Assembly (NCBI GenBank): GCA_965649765.1 | Contig: OZ287750.1 | Coordinates: forward strand, 30,132,001-30,196,000 | Reading direction: 5' to 3' | Origin: Bispira polyomma | Lineage: Eukaryota | Length of the DNA stretch: 64,000 bases | Shown here: one piece after another, positions 26,430 to 40,434 of the stretch | Position numbering within the stretch: the first letter of the stretch is position 1 | Layout: each line of letters starts with the position of its first letter | Made by a program: the position numbers and the translations under genes | The notes under the pieces: generated by a model | Told to the model about the DNA's origin: nothing | The model's input: only the letters and a program-made list of their open reading frames with translations | The model's database searches: none

Positions 26430-28073
26430 GTATGTCACCCTATGCCAAACAGAATCAAATCATATGAGAGCATTCTGGGTAAACTAATGTGTAGGATTTG
26501 TATTCAAAATAAACATTTAGAATCTGACTGCTAATCTCCAAACTTTGATTTTATAGATCATTCCTTACGACCTGGCCATGTTTTTCGAACTATCCTTTGG
26601 TTAAGTGATTCTGATTTTACACTTTAAAGGATAGCTGGCATAGCCTAGCATCAACAATGACTGTTAGTATTATCAATATAATACTGTACAATAAATATAA
26701 TACTGTACAATACAAGAGTATTTAGTATTTGCCATGTATTATGCTATGTACAAACTTTTGTAAGGGAGCTACAAATACTCACTTGTTAGAAACGTTTTTT
26801 GAAACATTTCCGAGACTTATTGCCCAATAGCCTGACTAACCGTCACAAAGAATATCTGTGGTAGATTGTAGCAGTCATTTGTGTAAATGATACCTACAAG
26901 ATAAGAGTGAAATATTTGGTATGTAATATGCTATATAAAAAATACAACAATTGATTAAATCTTTGAAACCTCAACAAAATGAAAAATTCACACAAAATTT
27001 TTTGAAGTATTTTTTCAACTAAACTTTATTATAAAGTGGCAAATGACACAAACTTTGACATTAAGGTGAGTTTATTAGTAACAATTGTTTGAATATGTTG
27101 CAAAGTTAAGACGGTTTGTAACTTTGTATCTATAATTTTGTGGTTGTGTACTTTTTTTAACTCACTTTTATAAATAATGGTTGGTGGGGTAAATAGTGTC
27201 TTCCAGTTTAGATTGGAATGTGTTTGAGATGATCGGAATTTTTGTTTTTAGAGTTGTAGATGTGCAGTTGCAATGTTTTTGTATTGCATGTTCATATAGC
27301 GTAGGAATATTTTTATTTCTAATCTAATTTACTTAATTTCGTAATAGTGCTTACTCTCCGTACTAGCGGATTCTAAGGCGCAACAATCAAAATCATTGTT
27401 TAGCAGTCATGTTGTAGTAGACAGAATAAAAAGTACTGTTACCAGAGAGGGAGTCTGTGATGGTAGGACTGTGTCAGATGGGATAAACTTTTTGATACAG
27501 ATAGGTTAAACAAATTGTAACAATATTTTTCCACTTTTAATAAAAGATTTTTTGATTACTCGTCAATTATTACCTCAGTGTAGCAGTAAATCAGGTATGG
27601 TGATAAGAAAGCTTCTCTCCAGCAGCATCTATACAACTTGTCAGGGCTTACTTGATTTTACAAACTGTTAGATGTCTATTTTAGATTTTTAGTCTAAGTA
27701 TTACTCTGATTATAGTGAAGATGCAACAGACATTGGTTGTAACTTAAAATTCAGATAAAACAAAATGCATAAATTCATCAAAAATAATGCAGTTTTTTAA
27801 CTTTTTTGTACATTAGTTAACTTTAGCATCCTTTTAATTGATTGGAATGTAGATTGGACACAGTCGCACATTTCAGGCCCTAGTGAATATTTTTAGTTAC
27901 TAACTTACAAAATATCATTAAGCTTTCTATCATGAGGATTGTGCATTTTACATAAAATAAAAAAGTAACCTTTTCAGTAGAAATTAAATACTAAGAAAAA
28001 ACCCAGACTGAGTGTCATTTATTTTTGATGGAGTTGTCTAAGACAGCTGACTTAGAAGTCTAAGGCTGAAAAG

Positions 28074-28330
28074 GGGGGCCGCGGTATCCTAGCGGTTAGC
28101 ACGCATTGCGCTTCACAATCACTGGTTTCTCACCTCTGGGCGGCGTGAGTTCGACTCCTGTCGATGCCTATGTGGAAAAGGTGGTAGTTCCTTACTGGAG
28201 GCCGCTGGTTTCAGTGCAGAACCTTGATCAACTATATGCAGTGTTTCCTCCAGCGTTTCCAACTACCCGTCCCAATATAACCTCAACAGGTACTAGAGTG
28301 GACCTTAAATATCCCAATTAAAGTTCAAAT
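28074..28330 (+). mobile_element. tRNA-derived SINE family A, copy 2
   Basis: A and B boxes; 15-bp TSD tctaagg(c/t)tgaaaag at 28059-28073 and 28331-28345. Confidence 0.92.
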
Positions 28331-29370
28331 TCTAAGGTTGAAAAGCTATGTACGACATGTGTTTACGAACACCATGGTTGGTCATTTTCTTTTGCATATC
28401 AGTGGAAAAGCTATTCCACTTAGATGGTGCTGCAACAGTGAAAGCTTATTGCCTGGTCTTATTTACACAAACCTACATGGCTATTCATGGAGTTGGACTA
28501 ATGAACGTGGTGTAAATGAAAGTGGCTGATCCATCTGTAGATTTCCCTTTGATGTCACATTTTGATATCAACATCTTTAGGTCACGCTTGTGTTACCTTC
28601 TGACACTAACATGTCATGGAGACATCCCTAGCATAGAAGGAATGCACACTTATGATCAACTTAATCGTCACATTTACAGACTTATGGAAACAAACCCAAA
28701 CCTTCTGTCATATACTACAACGTTTACGACACATACTGTCATATTTGTGACGGGGATGGTCACTTTTTACTACAAATCCTTATCAAAACATTTCTGAAAC
28801 ATTTCGAGATTTCTTTTCCAATAGCGTGACTAACCATTGCAAATAAATCTGTGATAGATTTATACCTGCCATTTGTGTAAATGAGACCTAGTACGTATCA
28901 GGAACCTACGTTTTTACTAAGGCAGGAAAGAATGGTAGAAAAAACTGTTTCTTATATGCAACAAATCTTGGTTGTTTGGCAGTTGTTGAAGTTTCTATTT
29001 AAAGTTTCAAGATATAGTATTTAATACTGTATATTAAGGCCCAGTGGAGCCTTTTATGGAAAAAATACAGTTGAGCCTCTATTATCCGGTAACTATTATC
29101 CGAAAATATGTTTTTATGAACTTATTTCCACTGTCCCAAAGTTATGTTTTCCTATTGTTTTGTACACAGATGCATTGAACTTTCTATAATCCAAACACAA
29201 TCTTGCTCTCCCCACTTGTTAAGGTTCTACTGTTCTACAATTCTGGTAAAATTGTTCTGCATCATTTGAGGCCTTTTTAAGTTTGTTCTGTCAAATGGGA
29301 TTACATTGTGACATAGGTCAACATATATATATGTACCCAATGATCTGAAAGTATCAACAAGGCAAACTCA

Positions 29371-29910
29371 TTTCTTTTTTTTTTTTATATTTTTATTTCT
29401 TTTTGTTGTATTAAAAAATAAGAAAATATTACAAATATACAGTAGGCACATCTTAATAAATGCAATAAATTTTTTACAACAGTTTATACTACGATGCTGG
29501 TTACCAAATCACAAAAGATTTTTTTTTTTTGTTTATAATGCTCACTTTCTCACTGGTCATCTTATGCAGAAGTTCAGCGAAAAACAACAACAATGTTTTA
29601 CACTATTAGGTTTTTCCCATACTTCCCATTTCTTGTCAAATTTTTGTTCTGTTTGATTTACTTTCGACAAAAGTTTTTGTTCTAAAAATATATTTTTAAA
29701 TTTTGTCTGAAGGAAATATATGTTCAATTGAAATTTCCTCTTTGAGCACCAAAATATGTAATACCTTGATACTAGTAGCAAAAAATTCAGTGGCCAGAAA
29801 TTTAAGTCCATTTCTTCATACCCTAAAATTTTTCCAGCATGGCTTAGCTCTATTTTAAGAGCCAACTTATTCCAGATCCAATCTAATATATTTTGCCACA
29901 ATTTGTCAAC
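29371..29910 (-). mobile_element. 5'-truncated L1/Tx1-type LINE 3' end
   Basis: ORF 29557-29901 (WQNILDWI...ILGY...NFLLLVSRYYIFWC...KFDKKW) resembles the C-terminus of L1/Tx1 ORF2; followed by a 3' UTR and A-rich tail (T-runs at 29371-29404 on +). Confidence 0.75.
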
Positions 29911-31794
29911 ACAAACTCATTTCTTACTTTACACTGCGCATATGAAAACTGAGCATCACACAGTAATTGCCGGACTGTGCTCAAATGATATGAATGTACC
30001 CAATAATATATATATATATATATACATTTATATATACCTTTGAAAAGTTGGAATTTGTTTAAGAATTTGGTGTAAATAATAAATATCACAAATGTCAAGG
30101 ACAGTACTGTGTGCCCTGTAGAGTGTGCCAGAAAAGGTCACACTAACACCAAGACAGTTTACTTAACATGCACTCTTTTAGAAACTACCAAATTACCCCA
30201 TTATGGGGATTAAGAACTAAGACTCGATTTACATTTCATTTGTTCTTTAAGGAGTCAGTTTTACTATGTAGACAATAGTAATTATGTCACAGAATAACAA
30301 GTAACAGTTATGTAGACATATTAAACCCTTCACCACCTATGGAAAGTATTCTACTGTACCAAGGGAGAAAACTTTGACCCACTTCCATGACGTCGCAGAT
30401 TATGTTTTTGCTGCTACTTATTACCTCACAAATTAAAACACATTTTTAATTTTATGTTAAAAGCACTATGCCACATAGATTGTATTCCTGTGTGCTGAGG
30501 GAGCTGTATAATAATATTATATAAGGTCGACTGTTGGCCGACGGACATGGCACTGGTGAATAGAAACGGACAAGGTTATCAAGGGGTATCAAGTTAGTTT
30601 TACCATTTAGACTATAGTAATTATCAGAGAAAATAAACAGCAGATAAGTAGGCATAACAATAAATTTTGACAGAAGTTTGTGGTGAAAAATCTGGATTAA
30701 AAAATTTCAGGGACTATAACTGACACAAGCTTTCATTTCAGGGCTGAGTAACCTCATAAAATCATGCCAAGAGGATGGGTAAAAGCAAATATAAAATAGT
30801 CAAATACAGCAATATTATAGGAATAAAAAAATATAAAGGAGTGTTTTAGGTGCATTTTAAATGATCAATGGAGTGGGTTTCATACATGAAGCCCTAGGGG
30901 CTAATTGCATTAATTTAAATTATTTTATTCCTAGTCTAGAATAATAAAACATTAATTTTTATTAAAAAGTCACCATGATTAGTATTGATTACCTTAAATG
31001 TGTACTACTCAGGCGGTTCCAAGTTTTGGCATCTATCATAGAAACATACATGGAAACTGAGTTTGCGAAAAAAAGCAATAATTTTTAAAATACCCCCAAA
31101 ATGCTAATTATTTATTAATTATAGCTCTAATACTACAGCTAAAAATTCTTAAAAAATATGGTGAGAATCCTTATTTTGTTGCAATTACTGTGCTTTTTGT
31201 TGCATCAAAATCCGTTAAGAAATGTCGGGAGATATTTAATTTGAAATACGGGTACCATATCGCCTTACCACACTTAGATGGAACAGCCATTCCTTATCTA
31301 CCATGTTTTATACAAGTTTAAATATTGCGCAAAAGACGTATTTGCACAGCCTGCTATTTTAGAATCTAGAATACAATTATACACATGGTTTCGTGTTTTT
31401 TTCCTCAATAAATAAATGGCTTAAACTTTCCACAGCTCAGCCTCATTCTCCCTTAAATACAGAGTGTGATATAAAAGACATGAAACATGTCACAAAACAT
31501 ACTGAACTCAAAAGAAGTTGTGTAAAAATAGTAATATGGCCATTGTCTGCAACTTGTGTTTTCCAAACAAAAAATGATAACTGACATTTTAGTTACACAT
31601 TTATTGATACAAAAAGTTACTGGCACTGTTGTATTTCGCAAGGGCAAGTGTAATTGTTAAGGATGTTGTTTTTTTGGGGTTGGGTCTTAGCTAGTTATGA
31701 TGTATACATCAATACGTTGACCTTTTGTGTGGCATGACCATCCGGCCCACTTAGCCTCCTAGCAATAGTTGTGTGTACTATAACTATACATATT

Positions 31795-32480
31795 TTTTTT
31801 TGGGTGCAGTGACCTATCTCTCCAATAGCATAGTGATGAATCCATTGTGTGTGGTAGATTTCTACCTGTTTTTGATCAGAGAGACCTTTTACAAAAATAT
31901 CTCACTATTAATTAGGCAGAGTAAGTAGAGATACAAAGATGGCAGATATTTTCTTGATGATAAGAAAACTTTTAAGTCTATGTTTTTAAAATCAACTGTA
32001 CTAATTGATTTCTAATAGGGTGTGTGAAAGAAAGTTTTCACTCTTGTCACTGTCAACTTTATCACCAGCAGTTTTATCACTATTTTTGCAAGGACTTGCT
32101 TTCGTCACCGCTTTATTTATGCAAGCGGTCACTTTCATCACCCAATGTTTTTGCAGGGGATCTGATTTTGGTCAGCATAATTTTAGTGGGGTCACTTTCC
32201 TTTCCACCTACTTTTGAAGGGGTCATTTTGGTCACCACCCTTTGCAGTGGTCACTTTGGTCATTACAATTAATCATTACATGGTTTTTTTGGGTGTAGTG
32301 ACCCATCTCTCTGATAGCAAGCACAGTGATGAGACCAATGTGTGTAGTAGATTTCTACCTGTTTTTGATCAGCGAGACCTTTACAAAAATATCATTAATT
32401 AAGCAGAGTAGTAAATAGAGATACAAAGATAGCATATATTTTCTTGATAAAAAAACTTTGAAATCTGTGTTTTACAACTC
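31795..32480 (+). repeat. Direct duplication of a ~200-bp segment (31795-32000 and 32285-32480) flanking a short GGTCAC-repeat array
   Basis: gtgacc(t/c)atctctc...gtagatttctacctgtttttgatcag(a/c)gagaccttt occurs twice, ~490 bp apart. Confidence 0.85.
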
Positions 32481-33409
32481 AGCAGTAAATACAGTGGAAC
32501 CTCTATCATCTGAACATGTTGGAAGATTGAAATATGTTGTTTGGATAATGGAAGGTTCAGAAAGCAGAAGAGGAATTTAAGTATGAAATAATAGGAAAAT
32601 GTACAGATGAGAGAGTGAAAATTTGTTGACAAAGTTGAATATTCAGAGAGTAGAACTTTGTATGATAGAGGTTTTGCAGTGCCTTGACTACTTTATTAGC
32701 CCCCTGGGCCTTTGCTCCGGGTAACATATCCTCAAGTTCAATACTAAAGGCCACTTTGCAAGCCAGTAGTAATTTGTAATTAGTAATTATTGGTGCTATA
32801 TTATGACTTTTTTCTGACTGTAACATTTGTGCGGAAGCATTTTAAACTCTAGGAAAAAGGCCAAACCAACTACAGAATACTAACAATTGTAACAGTTACA
32901 ACTATACTTTTTTGTTATATATATATTTTTTTTTTAAAAATATTGTTTTAATGTAAAACTAGCCTTACAATAGTTACAGTAAAGCTACTTTTAAATTAAT
33001 CTTATACCCTAAACTCTCTCCTAATAGCCCATGGGCTTTTAACTTGAACCTAAGGAAGTGTAGGGGATGGGCTCTAAAGAGAATTAGTTTTTTTCCTTCA
33101 AAATTTTAACAGTATTTATAGAAAACTAGGGGTAGGCTCTTATAAAAGCATGGGCTATTATGAGGGAGTTTAGGGTAATAGGTATCCAAATAACACAAGT
33201 TGTGGTTGAGTTTAGGTGTAGTTAAGTGTTTTCCAGCAATTTGTAGGTAAATTTTTTGTAATTATCCAACTGTGTTGTAGTTTGATGTTTGCTTTGTAAT
33301 GTGTAAGACAGACATATGGAACATTGTGATCTTTGTCACATGATAGTGTGGACACTATAAACAGTATCAGTTAGCTGTAGGCCACAGCTAGAACACTGCA
33401 AGTGTTTGA

Positions 33410-33670
33410 ATGTAACTAAAAGGGCACTCATTAGAGTGCATACCTCCTCTGCAAAGGCATCCCAGTGCCAACAAGTGAGAAAAATTCCTTCCACCTAGAT
33501 CCATCACTCCAACATAATGAATATACAGAGGAATCTTCCTTGGCCCATGCCCCATCCCTCCAGAAAAAATCATCTGAATCAGTTCAGTAGGTTTTATGTA
33601 ATTGACTAGAGAAAAACAACTAAACCAATCAACGGACACATGCATTAATATAACCTTTTTGGTAGAAGTA
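33410..33670 (-). mobile_element. Short interspersed non-autonomous repeat (relatives at ~5200-5430, ~49315-49530, and ~56790-57850 split by the Kolobok-like MITE)
   Basis: Shared motifs cactca(t/g)t(a/g)gag(t/c)gcata, tt(c/t)ttggcccatgccc and terminal ataacctt...ttgg..gaggta. Confidence 0.55.
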
Positions 33671-34619
33671 CATATAGATATTTTAAGACAGTTTAAAAAA
33701 AAGGGATTAGAAATTGATGAGATTTATTTTATGTCATTTAACACCCCTCGGTCTAAAAGTCTTTTCAATTTAGTCATGTTTTTTAAATCACCCTTTACTA
33801 TATCTGTCTGTTGTATCACTTTTTATAGACAGATATGACCAGGTAACTTTAATCATTTAATTTAGAATTTGTCTGGGAAATTCATTTGTAATTGTCACTC
33901 TTGTGTATTGTACTACTTGATTAAGGTTTTGGATTTTTATCATTCAGACATTCTATCTGAATTCTCATCAAGCTTCACGTGCTGAGGGTGATGTAATCTT
34001 GTGTTAAAAGCAGCCAACTCTTAGGTTATTTCTCCGTAGATCAAGACCCCGTTTTTCTCCAAAGAAGCTCCGAGGCTCAGACTTAGTCTTGTTGACCACT
34101 TGTATGATAAAAGCCATGCAGATTAGTCCCTCTATATTGCAATAACCTATACTTGTAAGTGTTGATTTTCGAAGAGCTTTAGTACTTAATAAAAGTTAGT
34201 ATGCTATCAGATGTTAGTTAACTTCAGTCCAGCCAGACAATGAGATGATTTGTAAACCTTAGAATTAGGCTTCAATATAAGTTACGTTTAAGACTTTTGG
34301 AGAATATGACCACAGGCTATTCGTAAAGTATGCACATAGTTTCAAACCCAACTGAGTCGTGTGACCAATAAGATATCTAAATAATAATTAAAATGTGAAA
34401 AAATAATAATATTCTGATTGACAATTTAAATCCAGTATTGAAAGCTCTAAAAAAATGAATGTTTTACAAGGATTTTCATGATATCCTTCACCGGACATTA
34501 GCATTTAAGTTTGAGGTTTATTTCTTCAATGCGTCCCTAGATAATATAATTATTGTAATATAATTATCCCAGGCCTTTATTTTGTGGGAGAGTCTGGGGG
34601 GATAGGGGTGTGTGGGTGT

Positions 34620-35480
34620 GTAGGGGAATGTATTCACTCTTGTCACTGTCAACTTCATCACCAGCAGTTTCATCACTCACTTTCGTTACTGCAATTTGTG
34701 CAAGGGATCACTTTCGTCAGCACCATTTTGGTTTGGGTCACTTTGGTCACCACCATTTTGTTAGGGGTCGCTTTGGTCACCACCTCACTTTGGTCACCAC
34801 CATTTTGTTGCGGGTCACTTTGGTCACCACCTAACTTTGGTCACCACCATTTTATTGGGGGGTCACTTTGGTCACCACCTCACTTTGGTCACCATCATTT
34901 TATTGGGGGTCACTTTGGTCACCACTATTTTAGTGGGGGTCACTTTCGTCTCCACCTATTTTTGCAGGGGGTCACTTTGATCACCCATTTTGTTGGGGTT
35001 CCTTTGGTCACCACCATTTTGGTAGGGGTCAATTTGGTCACCACCTCAGTTTGGTCACCACCATTTTATTAAGGGTCACTTTGGTCACCACCTCAGTTTG
35101 GTCACCACCTCGTTATGGTCACCACCATTTTAGTGGAGGCCACTTTGGTCACCACCTCAGTTTGGTCACCACCTCGTTTTGGTCACCACCATTTTAGTGG
35201 AGGTCACTTTGGTCACCACCTCAGTTTGGTCACACCTCACTTTGGTTACCACGTCACTTTGGTCACCACCATTTTGTCGGGGTTACTTTAGTCACCACCA
35301 TTTTGTTGGGGTCACTTTGGTCACCACTATTTTGGTGGGGGTCACTGCGATCACCACCATTTTGGTGGGGGTCACTTTGATCACCACCATTTTAGTGGGG
35401 GTCACTTTCTTCACCACCATTTTTGCAGGCGTCACTTTGGTCACGACCATTTTGGTGGGGTCACTTTCGTCACCATTTAG
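34620..35480 (+). repeat. Minisatellite of 18/30-bp units (GGTCACTTTGGTCACCACCATTTT...), probably the core of a non-autonomous element; shorter relative at 32020-32270
   Basis: Direct reading; both arrays start after the shared leader tcactcttgtcactgtcaactt(c/t)atcaccagcagttt. Confidence 0.9.
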
Positions 35481-37089
35481 ATTTTCTTATGACTTTTAAG
35501 AAAGGCGCTTATGTTTAATAGTTTTTTTTTTCTTTACATGGTGACGAGAATGTTAGTTACAAAATTGCCAGTGGCCCCAAAAAGTGCCATTTCCCTAAAG
35601 GGGAGGACATGTCTGAGTCTGCTAACCTTGGTGTGGGCAATGGCCACAGAGCATGCCATGATTTAGGCCTACCAGGTAATCCTCATACTCATAGGGTTAG
35701 TACACTCATATCATGCTAATGTAATAATTAAATAACTCCCACCCCAGAAAAGCTTTAGTCTACTCTATGTAGATGAAAAAGGTAGATGTTTTTTGTGTGT
35801 TAACCTTTTATCTTTAATTCACTTATTTTCAGTGCAGAATTCAGTTTTGCAGATTTATTTACAGTTTTTAGTATATACACAAAAAGAAGTACAAAAAGAG
35901 AGCCCCCAAAAATTCTGTGTCGGAACATGGAATTGCACCAATAGAGAAACTATTCATTTTCTCTAACATGCAAACTTTCATGCAGACTTCTTGGGTGGAT
36001 ATCATTGATTCATTTAATTAAAAATGTTTTAATAGGTGATTTCTACAAGATGGTTTGGTTGTTTGATTTGGGGGGGGGGGGGGGGGGAGGTTGGGGTTTT
36101 CTGTTGACAACTAGAGTAGGTGAGAAAAATTAAGTTGATTCTCAAGGGACTAAAAGAAATACCTCTACTTAAAGAGAATTTCCACTTAACAGGGGGGTAT
36201 GATGCACCAATCAAGTAAGTTTTAACACTGACCAGTGAAATTGCTTGTTTCATCAGAATTAGAAATTCATTACCCAAATAAGGTGGTCTAGTTGGTCATA
36301 GTGTCTACGTTAAAAATTACCGGCCTCTCACCTCTATGGATCGAATCTCAGAGATATGAGAAAGTTTTTTAGGTAACTTCCCGCTGTTCAGTGTGAAGCA
36401 CTGTTTTTCTCCACAACTAAAACTGGCCATCGCAAAATGACCCAAGCTGTTGAAAGTGACATAAAACACAAATAAATTCAAATGAAAAAATTAAAATTCC
36501 ACTGAAAACCTTTTCATAACTTCAACAGCGAGATAGCACATTAACAAGATAACTGACTCAGAAGAGATTGTAGGAAGAAATGAGATGAGATATAAAATAT
36601 GGTACCAGACAAAGCAAGATTCTTCTTTAAAAGAATATGTAGAGTGGCTGAAGTTTTAACTAAAGAAATATATCCATAAAAACAATAGCATTAACTCTGC
36701 ATTACAAGTATGATATTTATAATAGATGTTATTGTGCCCTTTCTTGACATTTATTAGAATGCACATTTTTTTTGTAAAGTCAGTTGATAAGCCTGTATTT
36801 TTTCAATACTATCGTAAAGTCAAATTTCTCAAATTTGACTCTGACTTAATTATAACTGTTCATTAATAATATAATCATCTAATATAACTTTGTATATTGA
36901 TATTTAACCCATGCTTAAATATAAGTTGCTTCATATAAGACATCTTGGGAATTATTATTAAATATGATTGATTGTTGTACAGATACATTGTCAAGTATTT
37001 CATAACTTAAGTGTATTATTAGTCTATTGTGTCCAAAGTTAAGTTCTTATATCAAACATTTTTCCATATATCTGAATGTTTTTAAAATA

Positions 37090-37252
37090 CAGTTGAACCC
37101 CTTTAAGTCAAACCTCAAGGGACCTCTACTTAAGCAGGATTTCCACTTAACAGGGTAAATTTGAAAGGAAAAGGCCTTCATGGGACTTCAAATTTGTCTC
37201 CACATAACAGGGAAAATGACTTAACAGAGTTCTACTTAACAGGGTTCGACTG
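37090..37252. mobile_element. Tc1/mariner-type MITE family 1 (other copies at 11639-11804 and 38834-39014; partial copies at ~9610, ~17265, ~36130)
   Basis: ta|cagttgaacccctttaagt ... acttaacagggttcgactg|ta; CAGT ends, TA TSD. Confidence 0.85.
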
Positions 37253-37834
37253 TAGTGTATATTAGTCTATATTTGTAACATCATTGTGCACAGGATAATG
37301 GGAACACCAATTCATTGTCATTTCATTATTTTATATACTAGGGACACATAAAGTTAACAATATACAATGGACCACCTGGTTTCAAATGTATGTCAGTTTT
37401 ACTTGTAGGATTTCTTGTCAAATAGTATAATTATTCTTCAGCTACAAATTACTCTTTTAGATCTGTATTTAAATTGTTTTGGTGCCACTTTTATGACAAA
37501 CAAGTATTTCATTAAACCCACACACTCAGCTGTATATCTAGTATTATTATGTAACTCAAAGAGAAAACCAGTGTAATTACAGAACCCATGGCTGAATAGC
37601 CATGCACCATCAAAGGCAATAAAATAGCCAGATGGGTGTCATCCTTTTAGAGTCAATATTTCCATGTACATATTTATAATTGTAAGTAAATGTAATGTGT
37701 TTTTCATATGCAAATTAAAAGTATAAATGTATTAAAACTCTCTGCCAGTGGCTGAGAGAAAATGTAATAAGTAACTATAGGTTACATGATTTGACCTTAC
37801 CTCAGTTTCATTGGATATACATTAAACAATAGGC

Positions 37835-38267
37835 TGTCAGTGACCACAAGGGACTACCGGTATAAAATACCCTTGTGTTAGAGAAAAAGAAGTTAGTTAG
37901 AGAAGAGAACTAGGAGAGAAAAGAACAGGTTAGAGTTAGTCAGTTAGAGAGTTCGAGAACAAGTTAGAGAAGAGAACTAGTTAGAGAAGAGAGCCGGTTA
38001 GAATAGAATAGAGATCAGATTAGAATAGAGAATAGAAAAGAGTTATTGTGTTATGAAATAAAGTGGAAACTGGAATTTACGTGTGTTGAGTAACAAAGTT
38101 GTGGACATCAGAATTAAATTGTATAATAAATTAAAAGTTATTGTGTTTCAAAATAAAGTTATGGAATCAGCAATTATTTGTGTTTTAAATCAATAAGAGC
38201 TACACCCCAGTCATTGAGCTGATCATAAACTCAAAACATACAAAAACAGCTCTTTGATAATACTCTG
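37835..38267 (+). mobile_element. Probable solo-LTR-like element
   Basis: Starts TGTCAG; TATAAAA at 37861; AG-rich repeats; AATAAA motifs; 3' part is the reverse complement of 52469-52690; boundaries uncertain. Confidence 0.5.
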
Positions 38268-39384
38268 GAAACTGGAAGTTAATTACTAATTAAATGAAGC
38301 GTGCTTGTGAGGTTTCTGTAATTAGCTTTGCCTTTGTTTTCAGACAGTATTACGACAGAGGAATCCTTATAGGACATGAACATGCATGGTTTCTACAATT
38401 ACTGTCAAATTAATCTTGACATTTAATTTAGAAGAATAGAAAAACAACATCAAAGGTAAAAGAGCTTAAAGGCCCAATGAACTTGAGAGAAACATGGTAT
38501 TGTTGCAGTTTAAGAGAACTGAAACAAGACACCAACAAGAAATCTATAGGGTTTAATCTTATAATACATATAACATAGAGCTGGGGTTGTCTTAATGATA
38601 GGATAAAGTGTTTAAGGAAATAGTTTGGTTCAATATTTCTTGAAGTCAGCAATTTTTCATGTGGTGATAGTTACGAGGTAGAATTCGATCCCTGATTCAT
38701 GTTATTTATGTGATGCACTCTCTTTTTAAATAGTATTACTTTAAATAGCAAACAAATTGCTAAAGTAAATACCTTTTTGATTAGCACTGTGGTTCAATAG
38801 TTTCTGCATTCTTTAGGGGCCAACTTTGTAATACAGTTGTACCCCTTTAAGTCTAATCTCAAGGGAACCAGGAATAATACCTCTACTTGAGCAGGATTTT
38901 TACTTAACAGGGTAGATTTGAAAGGAAAATGCCTTGAAGTTCATGGGACTATAAATTTGTCACCGCAAAAAAAGAAAATGATTTTACAGAGTTCTACTTA
39001 AAGGGGTTTGACTGTACATATATTGGTCTTTCAAATACTTTAAAATGCAAAAATTTGCTAAAAGTAAATACAGTTTTTAATGGCAATATGGTAAAATATT
39101 TTCTACATTCTTTACGGGTTTTCACTTTTAATGGTAAACATTCTGGCCATTGCATGAAAATATTCAGATATTGTGTACCTTAAGACAATTGGACAATTGT
39201 TTTGCCATAAAGAGTTATCTATATAATTATTAAAATTGATTACTTGTATGAATAGAATGTACAGTAGCACCTCTAATTATCTGAATTTTCAATTTTATGA
39301 CCTCTCTCCTTGAACTGTCCCAAATTGATGTCTTCCTATTTGTTTTATATAGGAATGCATCTATGCTATTCTATAAACCTTCTA

Positions 39385-39641
39385 GGGGCCGTGGTGGCCT
39401 AGTGGTTAGCAAGGATTGCGCTTCACAATCACTAGTCTCTCACCTTTGGGCGGCGTGAGTTCGAATCCCGTCGATGCCTATGTGGGAAAGGTGGTAGTTC
39501 CTTACTGTGGGCCGCTGGTTTCAGTGCAGAACCTTGACCGACTGTATGCAGTGTTTCCTCCAGCGTTTCCAACTACCCGTCCCAATATAACTTACTAAAA
39601 GGTACTAGAGTGGACGTTAAATATCCAAATTCAATTCAAAA
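39385..39641 (+). mobile_element. tRNA-derived SINE family A, copy 3, inserted into a MITE
   Basis: A box TGGCCTAGTGG, B box GAGTTCGAATCC; perfect 17-bp TSD attctataaaccttcta at 39368-39384 and 39642-39658. Confidence 0.95.
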
Positions 39642-40239
39642 ATTCTATAAACCTTCTATTATCCAAACAAAATCTTCGCTCTCTCTTCCAACAAGTTTAG
39701 ATAGTAGAGATTTCACCGTACAGTATCAAACACATGTAAGTGGAACTCTGAGAAATGGAATTACCTGTTTAGTAGAAGTTATTTTGAGGTTCCATTGCTA
39801 TTTTTTAATTAAAATTTATCCCCATTAAGTAGAACTTTTGTTTAAGTAAAACACATTTTTATTGTCTGATCAAATTCGATTTTACAGGGTTCCTCTGTAT
39901 TTCTCTAGAAATCATGGTATTTTAATCTTCAAGACACTGTTTCATTGAGCGTTTGTTTCATATTCTTCCATGAATAATGAAGATGTTGTGTGCTTCAGCA
40001 TGTAGGCCAGATTAATCAGTGGGGGGGTGGGGAGTGTGCACTCCGGGAGGAGGCGATTACGGGGCAAAAGAGGTATTGGGGTGTATTAAGTGAATCCTAG
40101 TAGGTTAGGTGAGTAAATGTGGAGGAAATGAAGACTGGCAAGGGTAACACTGACAAATTGGTCAGTGCACTGTGTGTAATCATAAAGTAGGTAACTCTAA
40201 GTTATAACCCCCCGCCCATCTTGTGTCTCAAGGTCAGTA

Positions 40240-40434
40240 CAGTTGGAACCTCTGTTATCCAAACTTCTATATTGTCCAAAGATTCAATTTTATGAACTCG
40301 ATTTGACTCTCCCAAGTTTATGTTTTCCCTCTTGTTTTGTACAGAAATGACTCTTCTATCTTCTTATGAACTTTCTATTATTAGAACCAAATATTTGTCT
40401 TGCCCAACATGTTTGGATAATAGAAGCTGTACTG
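40240..40434. mobile_element. Tc1/mariner-type MITE family 2 (other copies at ~12731-12892, ~25790-25973, 29068-29232, ~32491-32690, 39262-39718)
   Basis: ta|cagttggaacctctgttatccaaac ... gtttggataatagaagctgtactg|ta; shared internal text between copies. Confidence 0.85.

Noticed and set aside
34584-35499. ORFs with repeated GHHHF / VTLVTT motifs resembling His-rich proteins
   Set aside because: All frames reflect an 18/30-bp minisatellite with frame-breaking unit lengths; a related non-coding array exists at 32020-32270
39385-39475. Functional tRNA gene
   Set aside because: A and B boxes are present, but the head runs into a SINE body with tail and TSD; I could not fold a proper cloverleaf. 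The same applies to 58721-58790
17587-39598. Three near-identical 60-71 aa ORFs (MRFTIT...) suggesting a small gene family
   Set aside because: They start at non-ATG codons inside SINE A copies that have Pol III boxes and TSDs
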